Positions 53,147 through 63,100 of a stretch of DNA of 64,000 nucleotides are shown here, piece by piece; the stretch's first letter is position 1, and each line of letters opens with the position of its first letter. A model generated the notes under the pieces. It searched no databases. It was given only the letters and a program-made list of their open reading frames with translations, and was not told where the DNA came from. This DNA is from Thermodesulfobacteriota bacterium (GTDB lineage: Bacteria; Desulfobacterota_D; UBA1144; Nemesobacterales; JAJCZQ01), in assembly GCA_965215275.1 (NCBI GenBank), contig OZ244044.1, positions 1,152,001 through 1,216,000 of the forward strand, given 5' to 3'. A program made the position numbers and the translations under genes.

Positions 53147-54148
53147 TTAATTAACTCTCTCTCCTCTGATCATCTTAAAAAAGACGGAAAGATGGTCCTT
53201 TGCGCTGCCGAAGTTTGCCAAATAGGAAACGTGTTCCTCCGGCCTTTGAAGATCGACCTCGATCGACCAGAGGGGATCGGTGCCGTTCGGACTGGAAGAA
53301 TACCTTACATCTCCTATCCTGTCCCCGTGTTCTTTTGCCATATATCCCCTGGTGAAAGTGGCAAATCTCTTTATATCGTTATAAACAACTGAGTCTTTAC
53401 TTAAGTCCGGATACTCTTTCTCCATTACAAAGCTCCTGATCGACCTTCCCTGATAAAGCTTTGGCCGGGAAAATGGAAATATCCTGACGCTGTCGACGTG
53501 GTAAACGCCGGAGCTGAGGTAAATACTTCTCCACAGCACGAGATTGGCAAGATTGGGATAGACGAACAGTTTTTCTGCGTTATGTCCACGTAAGGAAACA
53601 ACGTTCAGTAAAAAATCCTCCGCCTGTGCCTTCTGATGCAGACCGAGCAAAAGATAAGAGACGCACAGCAGTACCCCGGCTCTTGCAACCGCTTTTGATC
53701 GCCTGGTAACTGCAAACGTTACAAGCAGCAGCAACAATAAAGTAAAAAACGGGTCCACAACGGAAATATTCCCCAGTGCAAACCTGTAACTGGAAAACGG
53801 CCACAGCAGCTCCGTTCCATAAGCCGTACAAACGTCAAGCAGACAGTGCGTTGCGTAACCGAGAGTAGAATACAAAAGCACAGTGGTGAACTTCATCTTC
53901 TTCTTGAAGATGAGCCAGAAGATCACTGCCATAATAGATCCACCAACGGGTATAAATACAAATGAATGGGTGAACTGCCTGTGGTATTCAAGAAAAAGCA
54001 GCGGGTCTTCAGCCGATCTTATAAGGACGTCCAGGTCCGCTGACATTCCGGAGACCGCACCTATAAGCGTGGCTTTCCCTATCTCCTTTACACCGGAGAC
54101 GCTCTGCGGAAAAATCGCTCCTACCAGTCCCTGGCTTATTGGATCCAT
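53147..54148 (-). CDS. Membrane metal-dependent hydrolase (YdjM-like)
   Basis: MDPISQ, DLD, HRQFTHS, HCLLD...YGT.LLWPF. Confidence 0.85.
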   Translation of the reverse strand: MDPISQGLVGAIFPQSVSGVKEIGKATLIGAVSGMSADLDVLIRSAEDPLLFLEYHRQFTHSFVFIPVGGSIMAVIFWLIFKKKMKFTTVLLYSTLGYATHCLLDVCTAYGTELLWPFSSYRFALGNISVVDPFFTLLLLLLVTFAVTRRSKAVARAGVLLCVSYLLLGLHQKAQAEDFLLNVVSLRGHNAEKLFVYPNLANLVLWRSIYLSSGVYHVDSVRIFPFSRPKLYQGRSIRSFVMEKEYPDLSKDSVVYNDIKRFATFTRGYMAKEHGDRIGDVRYSSSPNGTDPLWSIEVDLQRPEEHVSYLANFGSAKDHLSVFFKMIRGERVN

Positions 54149-54317
54149 AACTGAAAAGGAAATACTCTATATCAGAACTTATAACTTAATTTTCCAGGAA
54201 TATTTTTATATTAATTGGAATAATACTGTAAACGGATAAGATTAACAACGAACAGATGTAAAAGGTCGCTTTGTTAAAGCCGTTACAAATAAGGTTTACA
54301 CGAACAGGAGGTATAAA

Positions 54318-55199
54318 ATGGATATATTTGAAACGATCGGCAACAGGAGAAGCATAAGGTTCTTTAAACCCTGGAAGGAAGTTGAGGACTGGAAGATACA
54401 GATGATGCTGCAGGCTGCAAGACACGCATCGTGTCAGGGTAACTGCGGTTCCACGGAGGCGATCGTGATCGATAAAAAGACCTATCCGAAAAAGAAATTC
54501 GAACAGATCGTGGAATGTGCTTCACCTTTTAACGAAATACAGATCAGACAAGCTCCAGTGGTCATAGCGTGGCTGATAAACCTGGATGCCTGGTACAAAG
54601 AGCTCGTGCAGTCGTTTGCAGTTCTCTTTCCTTCGCGAGCGATCACCGCGGCACACGGCTGGACGTATAAACTGCTTACCGAACAGACCTATCCCAGACT
54701 TATGAGCTTTCCCAAGGACAGAACGGAAGACCTGCTGAGAGTTGAAGCAGGTCAGGCAATGGCACACGCTCTTCTGATGGCAACTGAACTGGGACTTGGA
54801 TGCTGCCTTCTGGCAACGGGAAGAAAACCGGCAGAATTCCCCAAAGTACTTGGCACTCCCGATAACGTTGTGCCTTTATGGTTAATGGCCGTTGGCTACG
54901 CGGCGGAAAATCCAGGACAGAGACCAAGAAAACGTTTTGACAAATTGTTCCATTACAACAAATACGGCAAGGCATATAAGGAAGACAAGGAAGTTAAGGA
55001 AGAACTGACGGCACTTGGAATGATACAGCCAAAAGATCCCCTTCCGGGAAGAGAAGAGGAACTGAAACACGTCTGCAGGATGTTCGGACTTAAGGAAGAT
55101 ATGCCGGATATGCCTAAAAACAGGATCAAAGAGATGTACAAAAAAGACTCTATCTACTATGGTGAGCTACCTCCAGGATTGGAAAAGAAGGGAGTTTAA
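54318..55199 (+). CDS. Nitroreductase-family flavoprotein
   Basis: RRSIR.F, A.ELGLG.C, VGY, RPRK; AGGAGG RBS. Confidence 0.85.
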   Translation: MDIFETIGNRRSIRFFKPWKEVEDWKIQMMLQAARHASCQGNCGSTEAIVIDKKTYPKKKFEQIVECASPFNEIQIRQAPVVIAWLINLDAWYKELVQSFAVLFPSRAITAAHGWTYKLLTEQTYPRLMSFPKDRTEDLLRVEAGQAMAHALLMATELGLGCCLLATGRKPAEFPKVLGTPDNVVPLWLMAVGYAAENPGQRPRKRFDKLFHYNKYGKAYKEDKEVKEELTALGMIQPKDPLPGREEELKHVCRMFGLKEDMPDMPKNRIKEMYKKDSIYYGELPPGLEKKGV

Positions 55200-55302
55200 C
55201 CAGAAGCCGTACAGAAAAACTATGATGCCAAGTACTTAGGGATGTGCGATTTAAGTCACCTTACTTTGTTACTTTGCTAATTCCCGTTAGAATACTGCTG
55301 TA

Positions 55303-55890
55303 ATGAAAAGACAGGCTACCGTTAACAGAAAGACCAAAGAAGTAAAATGTGAGATAGAACTGGACCTGGACGGTTCCGGGAAGTTCGAAATAAAAACAGG
55401 GGTGCCGTTCTTCAGTCACATGCTCGAGCAGTTTGCAAAGCACGGCTATTTTGACCTTAAGATCACAACCGCAGGCGATACGAACGTGGACTTTCATCAC
55501 ACCGTGGAAGATACGGGAATAGCCTTAGGTGAAGCATTTTACAAGGCACTTGGGGACAAAAAAGCTATACGGCGGTTCGCTCATTCCTCAGTGCCGTTCG
55601 ACGAAAGCCTCGTGTGCGTAGCTGTGGACCTGAGCGGCAGACCATATCTTGTATTCAATGGTGATATACCTAAATCAAAGGTAGGGGACTTTGACGTTGA
55701 GCTTGTTGAAGAGTTCTTCAAGTCGTTTGCTCACTCAACGAAATGCAACCTGCACATCGAACTGAAGTACGGAACTAACCTGCATCACAACATTGAAGCT
55801 ATGTTCAAGGCAGTGGGAATAGCTCTGGACGAGGCTACATTGATAGATACACGTTCCAACACCGTTCCTTCCACGAAAGGAAAGCTTTGA
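55303..55890 (+). CDS. hisB: Imidazoleglycerol-phosphate dehydratase
   Basis: HHTVED, N.HH.IEA.FK, PSTKG. Confidence 0.97.
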   Translation: MKRQATVNRKTKEVKCEIELDLDGSGKFEIKTGVPFFSHMLEQFAKHGYFDLKITTAGDTNVDFHHTVEDTGIALGEAFYKALGDKKAIRRFAHSSVPFDESLVCVAVDLSGRPYLVFNGDIPKSKVGDFDVELVEEFFKSFAHSTKCNLHIELKYGTNLHHNIEAMFKAVGIALDEATLIDTRSNTVPSTKGKL

Positions 55891-56513
55891 TGATCGCGAT
55901 AGTTGACTACAAAATGGGCAACTTAAGAAGCGTTCACAAGGCCTTTGAAACCCAGGGATACACTGCCTCGGTCATCAGTGACCCGGATGCGATAGAAAAA
56001 GCCGACGGACTGGTACTGCCGGGCGTGGGAGCGTTCGGAGACTGTCTGAAAAACCTCAGGGAAAAAAATCTGCTTGAACCCATAAAGGACTTTATCTCCT
56101 CAGGCAGACCATTTCTAGGTATCTGCCTTGGCCTGCAGGCCCTGTTCAATGAAAGTGAAGAATCACCGGGAGTAAAGGGGCTCGGCGTATTTAACGGAAA
56201 GGTGATAAAATTCTCCAGCCTTCCGCCAAACGGGCTGAAGGTCCCTCAGATCGGATGGAACCAGGTCGAATTTGATCGTCAGATCGCCGCACTGAAGAAC
56301 GTTCCGCAAAAAAGCTGGTTTTATTTTGTTCACTCATACTACGTTAAGCCAGACGACAAGGACCTCAGCATCGTCAGGTCGGACTATGGCGTCGAATTTA
56401 CCGCAGCAGTTGCAAAAGATAACATCTTTGCATGTCAGTTCCATCCGGAAAAAAGTGGCGAACTCGGGCTTATGATCATCAGAAACTTTGCAGAACTGAC
56501 AAAGGGCGGATAA
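55890..56513 (+). CDS. hisH: Imidazole glycerol phosphate synthase glutaminase subunit
   Basis: GNLRSV, LPGVG, GICLG, FVHSY, QFHPEKS. Confidence 0.97.
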   Translation: MIAIVDYKMGNLRSVHKAFETQGYTASVISDPDAIEKADGLVLPGVGAFGDCLKNLREKNLLEPIKDFISSGRPFLGICLGLQALFNESEESPGVKGLGVFNGKVIKFSSLPPNGLKVPQIGWNQVEFDRQIAALKNVPQKSWFYFVHSYYVKPDDKDLSIVRSDYGVEFTAAVAKDNIFACQFHPEKSGELGLMIIRNFAELTKGG

Positions 56514-56602
56514 ATAACAAGCACTGCGGCCGTCCTTCCAGAACCGTTTACTTTGCTGAAGCCTAATTTATTTCGCTCGTGCGGGCTGTATAATGTTGCT
56601 AC

Positions 56603-57730
56603 ATGAAAAACAAAAACCATCTGATCATTGATTCAAGCGAAGTCAACTCAGACTTTTATTACAAGACGAGATTCTTTGTGCCGGACCCGGTTATTTTTAT
56701 AGACCACGGAGGCATTTCCACTCTGGTCTTAAGCGACCTTGAATACGAACGTGGAAAAAAAGAGGCGAAAGTGGATGAAGTTATCGCCTACTCCGAATGC
56801 GCTGAGGAACTTCGCAAAAAGAACATCAGAAAGATCGGACACCTGGATATAGCTGATCTGGTCTTGAAACAAAAAAGGATCAGGAGTTTGACCGTTCAGA
56901 AACAGTTCCCGCTGCATTACGCAGATGAGCTAAGAAAAAGAGGTTACAAGATCAGAACGGCAAACCATTCCATGCTTTATCCCGAAAGGTTACAAAAATC
57001 TTCTAAAGAACTGCAAAGTATTAAACACTCGATCAAAAGAACGACCGAGGCAATGGATCAGGCGATCTCAACAATATCACGGGCAACCATTAAAAATAAC
57101 CGGCTTTATTTCCAGAAAAGTGCACTTACGGCAGAAAAGGTCAAAGGACTGATCGACAGTTACCTGGCACAAAACGGTTTTACTTCAGTTCATACGATCG
57201 TTGCATGCGGCAGCCACTCACAAATGCCCCACAACACGGGACATGGACAACTATATGCACATAAACCGATAATTATCGATATATTTCCCAAGTCGCAATC
57301 AACGGGATATTTCGGAGATATGACAAGGACCGTCACTAAAGGTAATCCCCCTGAAAAACTGATAGATATGTACAACGCCGTGCTCGAGGGACAAAAACTC
57401 GCAATAAATATGATCAAAAGCGGGATAAAAAGCAGAAATGTCCATTCCAAAATACTGAAACTGTTTGAAAGTAAAGGTTTTAAGACAGAAAACATAGATA
57501 ATAAACCGCAGGGATTTATCCATTCAACTGGTCATGGACTTGGACTCGACATACATGAACCTCCAAGAATTGGCCGCGGGAACGACACGCTCAGGGAAGG
57601 GAACGTCGTCACGGTGGAACCGGGTCTGTACTATGACAAGCTCGGAGGAGTAAGGATCGAAGACGTGGTATACGTTAAAGATAACGGGTGCGAGAATTTA
57701 ACTAAATACAGGAAAAAATTCGTAGTATGA
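56603..57730 (+). CDS. Xaa-Pro aminopeptidase (M24)
   Basis: GDMTRT, HSTGHGLGLDIHE, TVEPGLY, GVRIED. Confidence 0.92.
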   Translation: MKNKNHLIIDSSEVNSDFYYKTRFFVPDPVIFIDHGGISTLVLSDLEYERGKKEAKVDEVIAYSECAEELRKKNIRKIGHLDIADLVLKQKRIRSLTVQKQFPLHYADELRKRGYKIRTANHSMLYPERLQKSSKELQSIKHSIKRTTEAMDQAISTISRATIKNNRLYFQKSALTAEKVKGLIDSYLAQNGFTSVHTIVACGSHSQMPHNTGHGQLYAHKPIIIDIFPKSQSTGYFGDMTRTVTKGNPPEKLIDMYNAVLEGQKLAINMIKSGIKSRNVHSKILKLFESKGFKTENIDNKPQGFIHSTGHGLGLDIHEPPRIGRGNDTLREGNVVTVEPGLYYDKLGGVRIEDVVYVKDNGCENLTKYRKKFVV

Positions 57731-57751
57731 TAAACCGCAAGCTAAAACGCC

Positions 57752-58528
57752 ATGACAAAGAAAAATTTTGAAGATCTGGTAAAACTGACAAAACATCTTC
57801 GTGGAGATAAAGGCTGTCCATGGGATAAAGATCAGAATCTGCTTTCCATAAGAAGTTATATGATTGAAGAGGCTCACGAAGCAGTTCAGGCAATAGAGTC
57901 AGGTAATAAAGATGAAATGATCGAAGAACTCGGAGACCTGTTGCATCAGGTGGTTTTTGCCTCTCAAATTGCAAGAGATGAAGGAAAATTTGATATAGAA
58001 GAAGTGGTTGACCAGCTCCACAATAAACTGATCAGGCGTCACCCTCACGTGTTTGGTGAGGAAAGTGCCAACGATGCCGAAGAAGCGGTTAAGACGTGGC
58101 ACAAACAAAAGTTGAAAGAAAAAAACCGTAAAAAAAGTCTGACCGACATGCCAAGGTCCATGCCGGCCCTGCTAAGAGCTCAAAGAGCGGGAGAAAAAGC
58201 ATCTCAGGTCGGCTTTGACTGGAAAAACATCCATGACGTACTGGATAAGGTGAAAGAAGAAATTACTGAAATCGAAGAAGAATTAAAAGAAGGTAGCAGG
58301 GACAAACTTGAAAAAGAATGGGGAGATCTTATATTCGCCGTGGTCAACTTGGCTCGCCATTTAAAAATAGACAGTGAATCCGCGGCACGGCGATCAGTTG
58401 ACAAGTTTATAGACAGGTTTGGAAAAGTAGAAGATATGGCAGATCAGAAAGGAAAAACACTTATGGAAATGACTCCTGAAGAAATGGAGTCATTGTGGAA
58501 AGAGGTAAAGAGCAAGGAAACAAATTAG
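57752..58528 (+). CDS. mazG: Nucleoside triphosphate pyrophosphohydrolase MazG
   Basis: GCPWD, EELGDLL, RRHPHVF, GFDW. Confidence 0.95.
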   Translation: MTKKNFEDLVKLTKHLRGDKGCPWDKDQNLLSIRSYMIEEAHEAVQAIESGNKDEMIEELGDLLHQVVFASQIARDEGKFDIEEVVDQLHNKLIRRHPHVFGEESANDAEEAVKTWHKQKLKEKNRKKSLTDMPRSMPALLRAQRAGEKASQVGFDWKNIHDVLDKVKEEITEIEEELKEGSRDKLEKEWGDLIFAVVNLARHLKIDSESAARRSVDKFIDRFGKVEDMADQKGKTLMEMTPEEMESLWKEVKSKETN

Positions 58529-58699
58529 AGACGAAATTATCCCATTCGGTTGAAATACAAGGATTTAAATTTAATCCTCACGTCAGATCACCTGACGGAA
58601 ATAAAGGGAACCTGCAAACGATTACAGAAATATTCAAAGATAGAACATTTAAAAGCACAAAAATTATAAGAGAAAAAACAGTTTAAAATAAGACAAGAA

Positions 58700-59908
58700 T
58701 TAATCCTTTTCAATAAGCATTCCCATCAATTTCCACCCTTCATTAATATAAACACCTGTCTTTGCTGCGGAGTCTTCCGTGTAGGCAAACGATTTGTTCT
58801 TCACGTTCATGTCCGATGAATCCACTATGGCAAAAGGCACCGGTTCATTCACGTGGGTCCTGACGTCAATCGGAGTTGGATGGTCGGACATAACAAGTAT
58901 CCTGTAATCTTTATATTTTTTTACACCTTCCAGTGCTCTACCGACAACCCATTTATCAAAATCCTCTATTGCCTGAATTTTTAATTCTGCCTTTCCAACG
59001 TGCCCTGTCTCATCCGTGGATTCAATATGTATCATGGTCAGGTCGACGTTGTTCAACGAATTAAGAGCATAATCAACCTTGCCTTCATAATTAGTGTCCA
59101 GATAGCCCGTGGCACCTGGAACGTCCACTACGGTCATACCAGTGTAATGCCCTATACCCTTGACCAGGTCCACGGCAGAGATCACAGAACCTTTTATACC
59201 ATACATATCCTCAAGTGCCGGCATTTTCGGTGCAGTTCCCTGTCCCCAAAGCCAGATACTGTTGGCAGGGTCTTCTCCTCTTTTTATCCTGTTTATATTT
59301 ACGGGATGATCTTTAAGTATTTGCCATGACCTTTTGATCAACTCGTTCAACTTATCAGACCCTGCACCAGTGGGAAAATAGGTGTTTATTTCCCTGTCCG
59401 ATATATCATGAGGAGGCGTTGTCGTTATATCTGCATTTCCATTTGTCCAAACCAGTAAGTGCCTGTAACTGACGCCCGGATGAAATATCAGTCCGTCCGT
59501 CTCAAGTTCGCTTTTAACATCGGTCAATATCCTGCATGCTTCATCCGTTGAAATATGACCAGCACTGTAGTCCTTCATTACCATTCTGCCCTGTTGCTCT
59601 TTTAAAGTCACTAGGTTGCACCTCAATGTAACGTCTGCAGGCTTCAGATCAATTCCAATGCTTGCCGCCTCCAGAGGTGATCTCCCAGTGTAGTAAACCA
59701 TAGGGTCGTAACCGAGTACGGAAAGGTTGCCAACGTCACTGCCGGGCGGAAGACTGTCAGGAATTGTCCTGGCCATACCAAACACCTCAGCGGTCCGGGC
59801 AACGAGATCAAGGTTCGGTGTATCGGCAACCTCAAGTGGAGTTTTATTTTCCAGATCAGGCAGTCTATGATCGGGCATGCCATCACCTTGCAGGATTATG
59901 TATTTCAT
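58700..59908 (-). CDS. apgM: Cofactor-independent phosphoglycerate mutase (ApgM type)
   Basis: GDGM.D, TPLE.A.TPNLD, PGSDV, GRSPLEA, SDHPTP. Confidence 0.9.
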   Translation of the reverse strand: MKYIILQGDGMPDHRLPDLENKTPLEVADTPNLDLVARTAEVFGMARTIPDSLPPGSDVGNLSVLGYDPMVYYTGRSPLEAASIGIDLKPADVTLRCNLVTLKEQQGRMVMKDYSAGHISTDEACRILTDVKSELETDGLIFHPGVSYRHLLVWTNGNADITTTPPHDISDREINTYFPTGAGSDKLNELIKRSWQILKDHPVNINRIKRGEDPANSIWLWGQGTAPKMPALEDMYGIKGSVISAVDLVKGIGHYTGMTVVDVPGATGYLDTNYEGKVDYALNSLNNVDLTMIHIESTDETGHVGKAELKIQAIEDFDKWVVGRALEGVKKYKDYRILVMSDHPTPIDVRTHVNEPVPFAIVDSSDMNVKNKSFAYTEDSAAKTGVYINEGWKLMGMLIEKD

Positions 59909-60090
59909 GCAGGTAAGAGATTAAATACTACTGATGAATAATCAAGAACAGTGATTTGAAACTGAATTGATCGGGATATTCTACAAAGAAAATTATTTAC
60001 TATTTCAATTACAGTAAACAAGATAAAAAAGGAAGTAATCCTCACATCCTGAAGAACTTTATCATTGTAATAAAGGAAAGAAGTCCATAC

Positions 60091-60119
60091 TTGACATCCG
60101 TTCATAATACGAGTAAAAT
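60091..60119 (+). promoter_or_regulatory. Sigma70-type promoter of S8-like gene 2
   Basis: TTGACA-N17-TAAAAT, homologous to 4472-4501. Confidence 0.7.
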
Positions 60120-60128
60120 ATCAATGTT

Positions 60129-63100
60129 ATGAAAATACCAAACATAAAAACATGTAGTTCCATTACCCCCCCCCGTGTATACCTGAACTTTCAACCTGGT
60201 ATAAGTATTTTGTAAGAACAATGTTTAAGATAATACCCCCCCCCATCTAAGTCATTACTAACGTTAGTCTTATTTCTTCTGATTATTATGGTCATAGCTG
60301 CAAAAGGGCAGAGCAGCCTGGAAGAAACATTATCTGAATGCAGAGGAATCAGTGCAGACACGGAAGATCCGTTATACGGATGTCAGTGGCATCTGAAAAA
60401 TACAGGACAGCTTGGTTTTTCCGGAAAGGAAATAACTGCAGGAGAAGATATAAACATAGAGGGAGTGTGGAACGAAGAGGTATATGGTACAGGAATTAAC
60501 GTAGCAGTAGTAAGCGACGGCATTGACCTTTCACATGAGGACCTTTCTGCAAACGTTCGTTCCGGACCGAACTATGATCATTCAGACAGTTCATCTTTTA
60601 GTGGAACACGAGCGGCAGGAGTTATAGCAGCAACTGGATATAACGGACTGGGAGTAAGAGGAACTGCACCTGGTGCGAGTATATACAGTTACAGGTTATC
60701 CGGTGATCTCAGTGAAGCGGACGCGGTGGTCCGTAATAAGGAAATAACAGCAGTATCGGTTAACGGCCGGGGATCTGAGGACGGAGCTTTTTTTCAGGAG
60801 GCTTCATCTTCCTGGGAAGAAGGAGTGGAACTTGGTATAAAGAAAGGGTTTTATGGTAAAGGAGTGTTTTACGTCCGGGGAGCAGGGGACGGGCATGAAA
60901 GAGGAGATCAGGCTAATTTTAATGAATATTCCAGCTATTACGGAGTAACAGCCGTTTGTTCAACTGACGGTTTTGGAAAAAAGAGTATTTTTTCAGAAGA
61001 GGGAGTAACTCTATGGGTATGTGCACCTGGTTCTGATATTGTAACCACTGATAACAACAACGATTACGTTGTAACTTCCGGAACATTTCTATCAGCTTCA
61101 CAGGTTGGAGGAGTGGCAGCACTGCTGAGAGAGATAAACGACCAGCTGAGCTGGAGGGATATAAAGCTTATACTTGCGGGTTCAGCACGGCAGAACGACG
61201 TTTCTGACCTTAGCTGGGAGACTGGAGCGGTTAAATACGGCTCTGACACGGAAAGATATAAATATAATCCTAAGTATGGTTTTGGTGTGGTTGACGCAGA
61301 AGCAGCCGCAGAACTTGCCAGAAGCTGGAAAGGCGTTGGAGAAATGAGGACCGTTACCGCCTTTTCAGATAAAGAAATAACAATTCCTGATGGAGAAGGA
61401 AATGGAGAAGGAGAGGCAGACGGGGTCCTTGTCTCAAGACTTATTATCCCTGACCTGGAAGAAACAACGTTTACGGAGTTCACAGAAGTTGAACTTGTTC
61501 TCTCGTGTGACTGCTTACAGGACCTTAATATACAGATAACCTCTCCTTCCGGAACAGTATCTGAACTTGTGCGGGAGTTTGTAAGTGGACCTTCGGATGA
61601 AGAAAAAAACTGCGTCAGTTACCTGAGAAGAACACATCGTTTCGGGTCGGCTAAACACCTCGGAGAAGACCCTTCCGGAGAATGGGTCCTTAAAATATCC
61701 GATACTGCTTCCGGAGATACAGAAAATGAAAAAAACACTGTTACCTTACACTCATGGAGCATTAAGGTATACGGGAATTTTTATCAGGAACATGGCAGTG
61801 AGATAAGTGCTAAACATCATGATCTTAGTTTTGGTGGTGCGACAGTTCCGGATCAAATCTACAGAGTAGGAACACAAGTAAACTACAGGTTGCCTAGTGC
61901 AAGTGGAGGGGGTGGTGGACGTACATATAGTTTATCTCCTCGTTTACCTGCTGGATTGGACCGTCAAAACATATTAGTAATAAGAGGAACACCAACTACT
62001 GTAACACCTAATACACTTTATACATTAACTGCTACAGGTTTCAACGGAGATAAGGATAGTCTAACGTTCAATATCACAGTAAAAGAACCTGACACATCAC
62101 CAACCTTTTCAGGAGCAACGGTCCCTGAACAGATATGGACGGAAGGGGTAAGGATACCAACGTTACGTTTTCCTAATGCAACGGGAGGTAACGGAACTTT
62201 AACATACTTTTTAAGTCCTGCGCAGCCAGTTGGTATCAGCAGACAGGACAACAGGTTATTCGGAACACCTACGGAAACTCAAAGAAGATCTCGTTATACA
62301 TGGACAGTCAGAGACAAAGATGATGATGAAGATTCTATTCAGTTCTATATTACTGTAAGAGAGAACGTCCCTACCTTCGGAGGTCAGACAATACCTCAGC
62401 AGAATTATATAGTAGGCAGAACAATACAAAGATTAGTATTTCCTCGTGCAACGGGAGAGGAGCCGTTAACTTACAATTTAGAAGGAGGTCCGACTAATTT
62501 ACCAGGTGGATTGAACTTAGTAAGTAATCCAACAAGTATAATCGGAACACCAACTACAACGGCGGACATTAATTACAGATGGACAGTTACGGACAAAGAT
62601 GGAGATAAGACAGAACTTCCGTTCAGGATGAAGATAAGAACTGCATCTGAAGTACCGGACTTCGGCAGTGAGACGGTAGAAGATCAGGTGTGGGGTAACG
62701 GCAGAGCAGTAACGTTAACTCTGCCTCAGGCAACGGGAGGGGATGGAACTTTAAATTACAGTTTAAGCGGTGTAATACCAAATGGACTTATTTTTAACAG
62801 TAACACCAGAACGTTAAGTGGAACGCTCGACGTTGCTGCTCCAAGTGTATTACCCATAACTCTTTCATATACTTACAAGGTAACTGACTCTGACTCAGAT
62901 GATGACGGGGATTCTGACAGTATTACTTTCTCTATTACTATAGAAACTAACCAAGAACCGAGCTTTGGAGGTCAGTCAATTCCTGATCAGATATATATTC
63001 AAGGGACAACGGTAGGTCTTCCGGTAACGCTTCCTGCTGCCACTGGTGGTAATTCTCCACTTGTTTATAGTATCTCTCCTGCTTTACCTTCTGGATTGAG

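Noticed and set aside
57752..58528. mazG as part of a toxin-antitoxin or anti-phage system
   Set aside because: It is the tandem-domain housekeeping type, with no mazEF or defence genes nearby
61064..62251. Minus-strand ORFs in the track at 61064-61483 and 62018-62251
   Set aside because: Antisense shadows of the large plus-strand S8/Ig gene
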